From: Magallana gigas
Lineage: Eukaryota
Length of the DNA stretch: 64,000 nt
NCBI RefSeq assembly: GCF_963853765.1
Contig: NC_088859.1
Coordinates: forward strand, 33,976,001-34,040,000
Direction of reading: 5' to 3'
Position 1 is the first letter of the stretch. Every line of letters starts with the position of its first letter. A program made the position numbers and the translations under genes. The notes under the pieces were generated by a model. That model was given only the letters and a program-made list of their open reading frames with translations. It did no database searches and was not told the origin of the DNA. Positions 24,448 to 38,308 of the stretch are shown piece after piece.

Positions 24448-26960
24448 GTTTAAGTAATATTTGTTCATTGCTCCTCTAGAGACGAAACACTCCTTAGCAA
24501 TGTCTGTCAATGACACATATTTGGTTTTAACCAGGTTATAATTGTTTCAAGAGCAGAGAGAATCAACTTGCGCTGCTCTGCTTTATAGCCCTTGTTACAA
24601 TTAATATTTTTTCAATTTCTGTTAGTGATTGTCTGTTGCCAGAGGTGCGCCTTTTGAACTCTAATTCCGCTTACCTCTCCAGGAATAGAACAAAATCCAT
24701 CTCTTATTGAAGATAGTGTCTGCTTCTATGTAAAGTACAGAAGAGTCGCATACAGAGTTATTTCTGGAAGATTCGATTTAGCTTTGAAATTTTTTCTACA
24801 ATTAGTAGTGTTTATTTGGTAAAATTCCTATATTGTTGCTAGATAAGATGAAAAATTACAATTTTCTATTGGAAAAAATCTGACTGTTGTTTCTTCGTGG
24901 GTTTTTTTTAATTTTTGTGAAACGATTAAGTGTTGATGTAATATCTTAAGGTAATAAGAAAATTCCCCTTCGTTAATTTGTAATGCTATTTATCTAATGA
25001 AAGTTTCTTACTTAATTATCAACAGATTAGGGAAATTATAAAAAAACTGCAACATCTTGTAAACTATGTATAAATAGAATGATTTTTTTTAATTTACATA
25101 TTTGACACGAAAAATATGTTACAACATGTAATTTTTATTTGTTATTAATCTAGAACGTTACTACCATTCAAACGTTCTTGTATTTCGTGGAGGTTGTTTT
25201 CATTTTTGTTTTTTATTTCATTGTTTGGGTTTTTTCGCATATCTTTTTTTTCTTTTCGATCTTCTTTTCTTTAGATTTCAATAAGAAGTTATCGTAATAA
25301 ACTAAATACAATTAGACCGTTCATAAGCACTATGTCAAACACAACTATAAGCAAACATGTATATGCAACTGTACAAGAGGAATCGGACAAAATGTGGGAA
25401 AGAACTAATATTAATCCTTTATAACTGCATGGTGCAATAGTTCCAAAGTTTATTAAAATCGGAAAAAAAATACCATCAGATATTTTTATTTTTTATAAAG
25501 GAAACACGTTTGCCGAAAAAAAATAATAGATGACGTCAGAAATTATTGATTTACAATATCTGGTGGGATCATCTAGATCGAATGTTTATTTGTGACATCA
25601 TACATATCTAAAACTGACCTCTCTCGGAGTTTTCGACTGATTTTGTTTACAAGGAAAGGCCACCCCCCATTTACTTAGGAGTTATAAAATACCCGGAAAA
25701 GTCATGCCACAGGTGTATTGGGTCGGTCGTAATGTGTGACGTCAAGACTTTCGCATCGTGATGATTTCATTGACTACCTAGAGATAAGAATTTGAGATGT
25801 TTTTGTACCGTGTTCCTGTGATTAATTAGATACACAAGATAAAATCTTACACAACACCTTGTGTTCCAATAAATAAAGATTTGTTTTTGTTGTCTTGTTG
25901 TTCACGTTGTTTTGACGAGGATAAAGGTATGTGTACAGTAGTGTACTTGACCACTAAACATACAGGTATAGATCTATGTACGTGTGTACGTAATCCTCTT
26001 GACATGAGAACATGTAACCACCCCGATGACCCTTCCCTTACCCCTTCACACTCACAGATTTTTTAAACATATTGATAACTATCTTTAATAATCTGTGACT
26101 TTTTATTCAAGATCATAGTTTCGATAGGAATGGTATGTGACGTCAGATATATCGTATTTCGTCTAATAACTCTTCCAGGAAGGGTGAACAGAAGTCAAAA
26201 ATAGAAACTGAACTTTTCTGGTCGAGAACGATTCTTTAAGTTTCTATTTCTATGAGCAAGTGTCTGCCATACTCAGCACGGCTGTCGTCTTAAGTGGGTG
26301 CTGTGACGCTTCTTTCATTTATTCATTTATTTTTGGTGATTCCTGCTGCTCTTATAAAAGCCCGGGTGTTTTTGTGTCGCCATTCCGGACTGCCACTGTA
26401 CGGGAAGGGTTCATATCAATAGAATGTTTAGTTATCTGTCATTAAGGACAAAATGTCAAGCGTAGGAAATCTTGATGTGGTCTCAACTGCTTCCAAATTA
26501 ATCATCATGTAAATTTGTGTACCCACCTTGGAATTAATTCACGTAATCATGTATTAATAAAAACGTTATCTTGTCAATTTACGTATTCAAAGAAAATTCC
26601 TCATGAATAAAATGAGAATAAGTTTTCTTTATCAGATTAAGAGCGAAATACATAATAATTTAAAAAATCCTCCCGTGTGCGACATCATTATGTTAAAATT
26701 CGAGATAAACCTTGACCTTCCATTGTTTATTGTCTAATTTGCAGAATCAGGTGATTTATTTTTATAAAGAAACAATGATGAAGTGATTATTTATTGCATA
26801 TTTAAAAGGACGAAACCTTTCCCGTCAAAAAAGAAATTGAATTAATTTCTACAAACTAACAGAAGAAAAAATGTCACTCAACTACACGCCCTAACATTCG
26901 GGACGCAAGTTTAGGTTTGAATTATGATTATTGGTAACAACACGCTTAGATTAATTTACA

Positions 26961-27005
26961 AAGAAGAAGAAGAAGAAAATAAGGAGGAGGAGGAGGAGGA
27001 GGAGG
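26961..27005. repeat. Compound (GAA)n/(GAG)n microsatellite
   Basis: Direct reading. Confidence 0.9.
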
Positions 27006-29037
27006 CAACATTTCATAATGACAATAGATTGAAAATATTATCGATATCTTTTTACAAATAGTCATATTTCCATAAATTTTGTTTTATTTTTTATATTTAG
27101 GTATTTTGCAGTCAGTGACCATCACCATATTCGTTGTGGTTCCGAGGATAGCGGTGGTGTTTCCGGTAGCCACGTCGGTAACCGCTGTACTCTTTGCTCT
27201 GAGAGTTTTTAGTAGGCGATATTCACTTACATCATTAGCGCAAAAATTCCAATATCACACGAAGAAAACTCTGAAGGTCAGCTTCTAATGCCTTCGTCTC
27301 AGTCCTAAGGCCTTCTCTGTAGATAGCGGTTAATATAAAAGAAATGTGTATTGATTTGAGGATTTTCACTCATAAAGTGACGTAAATTGAGAACATTGAG
27401 ACACGGTGTATCTTATGATCTCCCTTTCTGCTAAAATTGCTTTAGTTTTTGAATTCTTGAAAGATCACGTATAGATGTCTACTGCAAAGATATTCACCAT
27501 AAAGTTCCAATCATAAATATCAAATTTCTTTTATCAATAAATTTGTTCTAATTTTCTTACGGGTTTGCAAAAACCTTTTTTCACGCCAAATTAATGTACC
27601 TCGCAATTAATTAACAGTATAATGCCAATTAGCACTTGGATGAATCTGGATAATTTGATATCAGAAAGTGCCAGAATTTACTTACTTACTTACTAATTTC
27701 TATTTCCTGTACATTGCATTCTTACTTCTTCACATCCGGGCAACGATCTTCGTCGAAAAGCAACAAATTGGCGTCTATCAAAATTAAGATGTTTGCTATT
27801 TAATCGTATTTTATAAATCGAAACTTTTTTCTTTTACAAAAAATAAATAGCTCCAGAATCTTAAATCTGCCACGGCGGGTGACCGGTTTTGGAATTCAAT
27901 CGGTTGAACCTCAAATTCCAGTAAGTTTGGAAGCAACGCTACATGTAGTTGCTATTATATACCCCAAAAACCTCTGGACCCCCCCCCCCCCTCCCACCGG
28001 TGGCAAGTCAGTGTGGTATTCATTTAATCTTCGTTAACGCTAGTAATACATATAAAGAATAAATATATATAAATGTTTCTGTAGGGACAAATAAACGATA
28101 AAGATATATCGCAAACATTTGATCGCAATGTTCACATTATGATGAACAAGTGCCAGATTTCGAGCCCCGACGAGGTATCATGATCCAGTCAATGACAGCA
28201 GGTTGGGTTGGTAAATATTTAATATTAAATGATACCTTAGTCACATGGCGTGTATCAGTCAATTACTTTCAAAAATCCATTTCTCCGGAATCTACTAGGA
28301 GACCTGGTAAATGACTCAGTCGCATGTGTCATTCCGCACATTTCATTTCGCGACCGAAATTCAACCCCCCCCCCCCCCCCCCTCCAAAAAAAGTAAAACC
28401 AGTCCATCCATGTTTGTAAAGAAAATAAAATATCTATATTTAGCCATCCTTACGACTCACTTCGAAAATCAACGAGTTTCCGGTTCTGCCTCAAGTGACC
28501 ACTTATTTATTAATTCGCTTTTTTAAAAAAAATCTATAACAAAACATTGTTATTTTTTTCGGGGCGAATTGCAGAGATGGCGATGTTTAAATTAATGGCT
28601 TTTGAAATCGTTCGTTTGAGTCATGCTGAATCACAAACGCAATGAGTTCACCAGTCAGTTACTCACCCCATTAGTTTTTGTCCATATAAAGTCGGTAATT
28701 TCTTATCATTAAGTTTAAGAGATCGGATTCAAAATGAAAATTCAAGGACTGACGAATGAATTATTAATCCATTTTTTTTTACACTGTTTAGTTTTAAGCG
28801 ATGAATGCTTTGCTTTTTATGCCCGAATTTGGAATATAAATTGCTCTAGAAATGCATAATATTGCTATTTCCTTTTAAAAATAATTATACGTGTATTATT
28901 CATTTGTCCGCCGATCAAGAGATAAAAGGGGAGAGCTGGACGGACAGACATGCAGAAAAATACATGTATATAATCGTATGGCAGAATCACTTATGTCATA
29001 TGAATAATCAGAAAAGGCCAATCTAAGTTAAAGGAAC

Positions 29038-29040
<3 letters not shown>

Positions 29041-29115
<75 letters not shown>
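29041..29115. repeat. (TC)32 microsatellite followed by (TA)n
   Basis: Direct reading. Confidence 0.97.
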
Positions 29116-29892
29116 TTACATTCAGTGTATGCTGCCCCTAATAATCTCCGTGCAAGAATAGGGTCAATTTAAGCCCCGTGCAAGTACAGCGTGAGAGGCT
29201 CAATAATAAGAAAAATATTGTTCACAATATTAAAATGAAATAGGAAGAACATTATAAAAAATGTGTCCGTTGATTTTGATATTTCGCCTCGTTTAAAATT
29301 ATTCATACTTGTATTAAAGATCATAATATGAGTTTTGGACTTGTTTTCAATTTTGAGGAAGAATTGAGTGAGATTCGTGTACAAAATGTTCTAATTTCTT
29401 GAGGAAAACAGTAGATTATTTACCTCTGTGTACATGTACAAGATAATATCTTTAATGTTAAGTAAGCCGGATTGCTTTAATCCTGTCTTTTATGGAAAAA
29501 ACAAAAACAAAACGAGGAAGAAAATATACAGGGTCATTTCTTTGTTGAGGTTTGTTGTTCGTTTTTGTTTTTTCGTTTCTTTTTTTTGTGGGTTTTTTTG
29601 GGTTTTTTCTTTTTGTTTTTTTTTTTCTTTTTGTTTTTTTTAATTATATCATACAACAATCAAGGGAAATTGTACGTATAATGTGTTTTTAAAAAACGTT
29701 TGTAAAGTACTATGTAGCTCATGTCTTTATATATAGCTAGCGGATGTTGGGGGTTTTGGGGGGGGGGGGGGGTTTGGGTTTTTTTTTGGGGGGGGGGGGT
29801 GTTTAAATCCCTCACTGTGGTCATGAACGACAACTCCGGTACCTAACAGTAAATCAATATAAATAGAGTAATTTTCCTAGCTTTACTATTAA

Positions 29893-30378
29893 AGGAGCAT
29901 GGTCACGATTTTGGTCAAATTTTTATTATTAAAACGCTTTAGAAATGCATTTCTAATGATCAAATAAAATTTGAGAGTCATTCGTAGAATTATAAGGAAG
30001 ATACAGAGCTCACAATTCTTTATCATGAAAACAACGGCCCGTGCCCTGTTTTTGTTTACATACATTTTGTAGATTCAATATACCAGTAAAAAATCTTTTT
30101 CCAGCTTATTTGTCTATCTTTTTATTTATCTTAAGCATAGAAAAACCGTTCCTAACGCTTAACACATTCGATTTAGATTTAAAACTGAAATTTTTACTTC
30201 AACGTTCAAAATGTAAACAAACGCTTTGTTTACATAGCGAAGAATTTCAAGCTCTGTAACTCGATTATCACTCAACAAATGACACTCAAACGATTGTCTA
30301 TTAAAAATGACTTTCTGAAACATTGTAAATATTAAAATCGGAAAAATAATTTTTGACCAAAATCGTGACCATGCCCCT
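29893..30378 (+). mobile_element. TTAA-target (Kolobok-like) MITE, copy 3
   Basis: TTAA|AGGAGCATGGTCACGATTTTGGTCAAA ... TTTGACCAAAATCGTGACCATGCCCCT|TTAA; TTAA is present on both sides. Confidence 0.88.
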
Positions 30379-30854
30379 TTAAACATTGCACCAGTACAAA
30401 CTGTTCATAAACTTTAGCTATTATAATGAGAGTGGGCTGTAAATTATCACATGAGATATTTTAAAGTATTATAAATGTGTTGTAAGGTTGTTTTCACCTT
30501 GTTTATAATATAAGAATACTATCAAAACAAATCCTTAGTGATTTTTTCCCTATGTATAGAACGTATGACAATCGAGGGGGGTGTTGGATGTTATAATCAT
30601 GAAAAATGTACATACAACTTAAAATTAGGCTTCCTTAAAGGGTATACGTATATGTATTTATCATTATTATTATAACCCTTTGTATATAAAGTCGTACATG
30701 TATCTATCCGACTTAGATCAAGTTCGACAACTACGGTACCAATCGCTGTAAAGCAATACAAGCAGAGTTATTTTTCTTGAAATGTCAGCTATACAGTTTA
30801 CTTGATATAAGTTCAGTTCAAGTAACATTTAACTTTTTGGTAATACATGTATAA

Positions 30855-30995
30855 NNNNNNNNNNNNNNNNNNNNNNNNNNNNNNNNNNNNNNNNNNNNNN
30901 NNNNNNNNNNNNNNNNNNNNNNNNNNNNNNNNNNNNNNNNNNNNNNNNNNNNNNNNNNNNNNNNNNNNNNNNNNNNNNNNNNNNNNNNNNNNNNN
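30855..30995. other. Assembly gap (141 N)
   Basis: N run flanked by TA-rich sequence. Confidence 0.99.
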
Positions 30996-31804
30996 ATAAT
31001 ATAAAAAAACTTTAAAACACTGTTTCAAAATATTTCGACCGTGTTACCGGTCTTCATCAGTCGGTGTTTATTGTCTATAGCAACACAACGTAGAACGATA
31101 TGCTTTGGCCACTAGTCCCAGTTTATCAAACTAATCAATATAACCAGCTCTCAATTCGGATTAAGTTGCATGAATGTACAATCACGAAGGCAAACAAAAG
31201 CCGATATGGGAAGATTTCTAAGGAGACTTTGCAGGACATCTAGAGCATTACTGATCCAAAGAAATGATTCTGTTTTGAATTAATAATCTTTAAAATAGCG
31301 AGACGAACAGTTTAGCAAACAGATGTTGCAGCAAACCTCATTGTAACAATGATAGTGGATGTTGTTCGTAGGTCACGTTTTTTTTATATTAATAATGCTG
31401 TTAATAATTTTTTAAAATAGTATGGATCACTAAATATTCAATGCAGATGAGGGTACATCATGTTTGAATTTTTTTACTTAAAAATAAGTATAAATCCCAA
31501 GCAAGTTTCAAGGTCATGAAAAACACAACCAAACACTTCAACCAACTGCCCTACACTGTTTTTCCAATAATATTACAAAAAGAAAATAATTAAAAAGTGA
31601 TTTCAATACCTTATTTGATCACAATGTGCGTATATTTCATTTCTCCGTTTCGCACTTTATTAAGCAAATTGAATGCAATAATTTAGTTAATAGACATTCG
31701 TAAGAATGATATCAAATAATTAAGCAACCTTTTGATAAAAATCATTCATAAAATATGAATAAATGTTACAAAGTAAAAGTTTAAGCGATAAACGTCATAG
31801 TATT

Positions 31805-31867
31805 TCTCCGTTTTCCGTTCAGTTCCGCTTTCCGTTCCGTTTTACGTTCCGCGTTTTAGCAACACCC
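31805..31867. repeat. Degenerate (TTCCG)n repeat, probably a transposon end
   Basis: CCGTTTTCCGTTCAGTTCCGCTTTCCGTTCCGTTTTACGTTCCGCGTTTTAGCAACACCC. Confidence 0.5.
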
Positions 31868-32142
31868 TTATATAGTTTTTGGGAGTTGATTTTAATCAAC
31901 ACTCCTATGCAGTTACTCTGGCAAACCGAAACTGAAACAGTGTTTGGACCTAAGCACAAATCATCACCGCTGACAAGAGTTAGTTCTTGAAAATAATCGA
32001 TAAATTCGATGTAATGTACTCTGAAGCAGTTTTTTAAAGGAAACTTATTTATAAATACCTAAGAAATAGTCAGATTTTAAATAGTAAGAACAATTTAGAA
32101 GTTTTTTTGCAGTCGTATGTATTCCTACGCCAGAGTTTAATA

Positions 32143-32298
32143 TAGTCTCGTTCAACCATCGGCTGTCTCCGTACATCTCCGACAGGCAGAGAGTCAGTCT
32201 TTATTTAGAGGTCGCATCATCAAGCTATCACGTGACCTGGTATCTCTTACTTGTCGGAGATTAACGGAGACAGCCGAGCATCTGGTTGAACGAGACTA
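32143..32298. mobile_element. MITE with long compound TIRs
   Basis: Outer arms TAGTCTCGTTCAACCA / TGGTTGAACGAGACTA; inner arms TCGGCTGTCTCCGT / ACGGAGACAGCCGA and ATCTCCGACA / TGTCGGAGAT. Confidence 0.8.
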
Positions 32299-33189
32299 GA
32301 GTGCATTATTGGTTGGATCCATACACTTTTTGAAATATTTCGAATACTGATACATAGTTTGGTGAAATCAATTCTATTTTTTAATATAACACAACATGAT
32401 TCATTTAAGAGGTTTTTTCGAAATTCTTGTCGGAAAAGTCCGAGAATCCATATTATGAAAATGTGCGTAATTCAAATAGAGATTATAAACTACTTGCCAA
32501 GCAAAATAACATATCGTTGATTTTAAGATAAATAATAATCGATAAAATCAACTCCCGTCAGTACTTCAGTACTTTGTTAAATCATGCCAATATGTAAACA
32601 ATGATACAAGCAAATATAATATAATTGTTTATCGAATAAGTCATTTATTGCATAAAAACAGATTTTTTAAGTATTTTAATTCTTGTTACGATTTTTTTCA
32701 AGGCACGTTTTCTCTCGGAAAATATGCACTGTAAGTGGGTACGTTTTTCCGGGTTACGTTTTCTCTAGGGTACGATTTCTCCTGATGCCTCTTTGCACGC
32801 CATATAGCGTTTATTCAGTGCATGACTGTTGGTTTTGCATCGGTGATTGTCTATTTTGCATCGATGTCTGTTGATTGGCAAAAGAGGCTGTTGGTTTTGT
32901 TTTAAGTTGGTCTGTTTCGTAGTTTAGTATGTTTTTGAAAAAAATTAGTTGTTCGTTTTGCAATCAGCATTAACGTCTTTTTTTTTACCCCTTTCCGCCG
33001 CCCATGGTATGGGATTCGGTGATAAACGGCGAGGGTATTCATCACATGGGCCACACAAACACTCCCCTACAGCCTCTGAGTGGTGAACGATAGAGTACAA
33101 TGTGTAGTTGATGACTGATAAATTAATTAGATATTGCATGCAGTACCAGGCGTCACGTTTGGAGATAACTGTGACTGTAGTCCTCAAAC

Positions 33190-33256
33190 CATCTTCGCTA
33201 GCAAAGGGTGACGATCCACGGTGTTTCTCTATTCTCTATATTGGCTAGCGAAGATG
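33190..33256. mobile_element. 67-bp MITE with 9-bp target-site duplication
   Basis: TIR CATCTTCGCTAGC / GCTAGCGAAGATG; TSD TCCTCAAAC at 33181-33189 and 33257-33265. Confidence 0.88.
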
Positions 33257-36200
33257 TCCTCAAACCTGACTGATATCACTATTTCGGTTCATTTTGAAAA
33301 TTCATTTAAATCGTTTATTCATTTTTAACATCCAAAACCATATAATATAAAGCACAATTGATCATTTTGCCGAATGAACTTCCAGAAAAATATATTTGAT
33401 ATACATTTAAACCAGGTACTGGTAGATTGTACTAGTTTTTAAGGGGAAAGAGTCAGAAGAGAGAGAGAACAAATTATCTGACCCTTCCAGATACATTTTA
33501 TTCGATGATTATATCATGCATTAATTGAGACCAAAGTTTAAGCTTATAAAATCTTGTTTGCAGCAAAAACATTTTTTTCTAAAACAAAAAAAAGTACAAA
33601 TAAGATATGCATATTGATGAAATATACAAGACATTTGTTTGTTTGTATGCAAGTATCAATCTCTGATAGGTGAAATTTAAATAAAATACTACATACATGT
33701 AGATATATTTAACTGATATATTGGTTTGTCGAGCCATCTTAAATACTTTGAAATTCGCCTGTGCAATTTTAACAAAGACTTGTTGATGAGAAAGGACCCG
33801 GTTTCAGAAGGCTGTATGCTCAACAAATCTCTAATCAGAACTACCTTGAAACTTCAAAAATAATTTTTAGCCGAAAACTATATTATTTAAATATTAAGCT
33901 ATATCTTCATATAGAGCTCAGCTCTTAGTCTCAAGAATATTCCATGTAATACGGTATAAAATGGCCACAATATTATCCCGAAACTGTCCCACGATATGAC
34001 TAAGAAAAAATAGGACACATCTTAGGATGTGTCTTGACGGTAACTTAGGAGCATCTTAAGTTAGGGTATCCTTTTCTTGTTTTTCACATAAATTCATACA
34101 AATAAAATTCAAGAGAATTTTAGACGGATAAAGCATAAAAAAATTCGGCAAGGAAAACTATACATTTATATTAATAAGATGGGTCTAAAATCAGTCATTT
34201 AAATTTGCATACATTTGCAAAAATATATATATTTTCTTAGAGATATTTTAATGACCAGAAACAGTTTACCTAAAAATAAAATAATAATAAACCACAACAA
34301 AAACCCAAATTACCGCTTTTTGTATAAAGCATAGGGACATATTAAGGCTTACAACAAATGTGCATTCTATGAGAGTAAAAATGTGCTCGAAATCATTTGA
34401 TACTCATGTCATTCAAGTATTTGAATTTTCTTTTCGATTATTTTTCAGAGAAAAAAAAGTGATAAAAATTTTAAGAATGATCCTGCAAGGCTTATATAAA
34501 CTGATGCAGATTCTCTCCATAGGCAAGGACGTTTGAATAATTCTATGGTCATATAATGCCTCAGTTACTGATTGGAGAGCAATGAACAGAAGGAAAAGCA
34601 AGATTTTATGTACATGTATCCCATAAAATCAAAGCAATGAATGTAATTTACTCAAGCCAGTGTAATTATTGAAAATAAGATAATCATTTCAATCTAGATC
34701 GCCACATACATGTAGATAATTATTTGTTAAGAAAAAATACGGGTTTTTTTTTCATCTGCTTCCAGACACGCACGTACATGTAGCTAGGGAGAATGGGAGA
34801 GTTCGGGGTCCATCTCCATAAATGTAAAAATAAAAAATCCCCTGTAAATGTAATTTTACAACCTTAGGAAGACGTGCTTAGAACACACCACAGTCCTAAG
34901 ATAACTTCGGGAACATGCCTCCATCCCCCTTAAGATAAGTCTATTTTTATCCACTACATGTAATTCACAATCTGCAAATGCTCTTTTTCAATTCAGTCTT
35001 TTTCATATCTTTTTCAGATCTGTATCATCAATCTCAATCAAACAATAATAATCAATCTGTAGTCTAATTAGATGTTCCTTAACTTTAACGAGTTTTATGT
35101 GCCTTTTGTACGTAGTGCCTCAATTACTGATTGGATATGAACAGAAGGAAAAGCAAGATTTTACGTACATGTATCCCATTTTGAAATTTTGAAATCAACG
35201 TAAGAATGTTGGATTTGCCCCAAAAAAATTAATCATAGAACTATTGATCAAAGATTTTAAAAAAAAAACCAACTGCTGCAATTATGTCATACATCCCAAT
35301 GCTTTGATATTTATTTATTTAAAATATAGGAGTAATAAAAAATAGCAGAGGACAGTAAGCTGAGTGATAGGACATTGTGCCGGAACTCGGTCTGCATTTA
35401 GCTCAAAACAGAGATAAAATGTAGCTCCTTATGGAAATTGGGTCATCTCTGATCCAAAAACAAATAGCCACCCTTTTCTGTGCTTTATTAAAACTGTTTC
35501 TATGATTGTTCATTTATTTGTTTATTTTATATATTCAACTGTAAATTTTAAATTTAAAAAATAAACGTGTATGCAAAAGTAGATGAATTAAATTAAATTT
35601 CAATCAAATCCGTGTTTTTTTTAACGATCTACATCCTGGAGATCGTTCATCCTATTTAGGTTATGAATGAAAGAATGATTAAAGGAATTACACATACTTT
35701 ATTTCTATCCTAGTGATTTTTTTTTTTTTACAAAATAGTGCTTGTGGTATTTAAACAATAGATTATAAGCACCGTTTTGTATTTTATTTGCATATTTTAA
35801 TGTAAGATCCCACGCTCTATTCAAAACACCTTTTTGCCTCGTCATCGTCAGAAGGACATTAAAAAGGAAATGACCTTGGTCTCACACAGTAAAATCGTCT
35901 ATTTGTTGTTTCGTCCTGTAAGTATACGTAAGTTAATATAAGTATACTTGTAACATTACCACGGGTGGCCACTAGGTCGGTATAATGCGAGGAAAAGGGA
36001 GCGAGTGAGATAACTGGATTTCTCAGTTGACTGACTTATGGACTGTCCATTCCGTACCTTGGGCTCTTTTTATTGACATGGTCAGAAAGGTGAACATTGC
36101 TTGTCTCGAGATTAGGTCAGGGTCTTAAGCCCAAGATTAAATGGGACCATAGTACGAGTCTCCGTTTATTTTCATGTTATGGTTTTAGAATATAAAAAAA

Positions 36201-38308
36201 TATTAAGAATCAAATATTTCAATGAAGTATTTGAAAGGTTTTTATTTTTCTTACTTCAATGGCTTCAACATTTTTTAAAGTATTTTAAATTTGCATCGAT
36301 ATCCACAACAGAATTTTTAATACTCTGTCTCCTATGTTTGAAGTTTGCATTAGAAACTAGAATATCGGTGCATATATACACATTTTTGATATGAGTAAAA
36401 TGAGTAAAATAAAGCTACATTTAAATATTTTTTTAAAAATACATTCTGTTCCTGATATGGTTTGTACGAACATTTTCAAAGAATAGTAATTTATTTAACA
36501 GTAAGTTTTCATTCCGTTTTTTATTTCATAATTTGAAACACAAATTGTCTACGCGTGTAGATATATTACATGCATATATTATAAAAATATTTCTCGATAA
36601 AAATGTGTAGTTTTATTTAATGCCTTTTGATACTTTGGTAAAAAAAAAAAAAAACTCTTTGAAACCATATACTGTTAGAATAATTCATCTACGTATATAG
36701 CGTCTTATTTTATACAAAAATCTTTATCAACATCTGAAGTTATCAAAATATCCACGCAAAACGTAACAGTAAATAAATATATCTATCTTTCCTTTAATCG
36801 AAATTCAATGACGATGAAAAGTTTTCTAAGTAACAAATATATATGAAAACATTATTCAAACTCATAAAAGTCGAGATGCTCATTATTTTATTATAAGAAT
36901 TTCTCATTGTCTCCTTAATATCATAATGCTTATCTTAAATATCTCCTGATCTGAGTAAAAAACTCTATGTTTTTGTCAATAACGAGGCACATGTAAAAAT
37001 GTTATCTTTTTCACATATTATATTCTACATGTATATGGTTAACTGTCGTTTCTACTGAAAAAGCAAATAATGGCTTGCGAAATGCAAAACCTCCTATTTT
37101 TTTTTAATAATTTGATTTGAATCAATTCACCTTTTTTGATAATGTTAAATCCTTCAAATTTTGGGTTTTTTTTTTAAAGCGTAGTCAATCCTTGCCCTTT
37201 CGCTGGCTAAATCACATTCACGCCCGGCGTGGCATTGTCGCGTAGTCTGTTAATTTTGCATTAGCTGATGTAGACAAGGAAGTAAAATTTCATTCTACTT
37301 CTCAATCAACACATTTTTTCGAGCATGTCAAAATGCAGTATGCACTTTAATTATGTCAGCTGTTATTCATAAACATCAGATGCTCTGAACCCAACACGCT
37401 TTGTACGGTGTAATCCACAATGCAATTACATGCACTCTAAGTGCATATCTAAATCTATATCTATATAAAGCATTTTATAAGAATAAAAAAAAATTTAAAG
37501 CAAAGTGAGCTGCAATTTTCATAATGAATTTTTTTTAAACGAAAATGTTATTTTCTACTAAAATGACGAAAAAAATCATGGTTTTTAAATTTGTTTGCCA
37601 AATTTTTGTGAAAAGGGCCGTCAATTAAGGAGCCTTAATTGGAGCGAAATTGAATTATTGTCGTGCTGTACAAAAATTGATTTGCTATATGTTTCTTAGA
37701 AGAGATATCTTTCCTCTGACAAAAATTAACCTTATCATAAAAGTTTAAGTAACATGCAAACTAAGCATACTAGCAGGTTTTAATACAGCTCATATTGCTT
37801 TAATTATATGGTGTGGTATTATATTAGTCTTCTCTAAAATTTGAGAAATGCCGGTTTCATCTGACTTAATTAATTTTGATTCACAGTAATTCTTATTTAA
37901 CAAAAACGAAACAATATTTCTATACCTCATTGTTGGTTAGGGCATTCGGCTGGCAACAAGCAAAGAAGGATTCAAGTTTTTGATATTTTAATGAAACAGT
38001 CATAATTCAAAATATAATTATATAAATAACACATTAAAACACTTATAAATGCATTGTATAAATGGATTTCCAAGCGTCACAATTATCACAATTTTATCAC
38101 AGTAATGCTAGTTGTCCAGGCATTTGCCACCAGCCACGGCAGATATCTTAATATCACAGCTTATCGCCAGTTTGTTTGTTTTTTCTCATATTTTAACTTT
38201 CCAACACGAACCATGGAGAATTCACGTTTGTTGCATTTCCATCACTTGAGAGCCTCTAATGCAAAGAATGGGCATCTTTGCGAATATCTGCATAGATACT
38301 AGTTCCGT

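Noticed and set aside
35949-36170. Possible solo LTR (TGTAAC start, GC-richer)
   Set aside because: No CA end, TSD or polyA signal identified.
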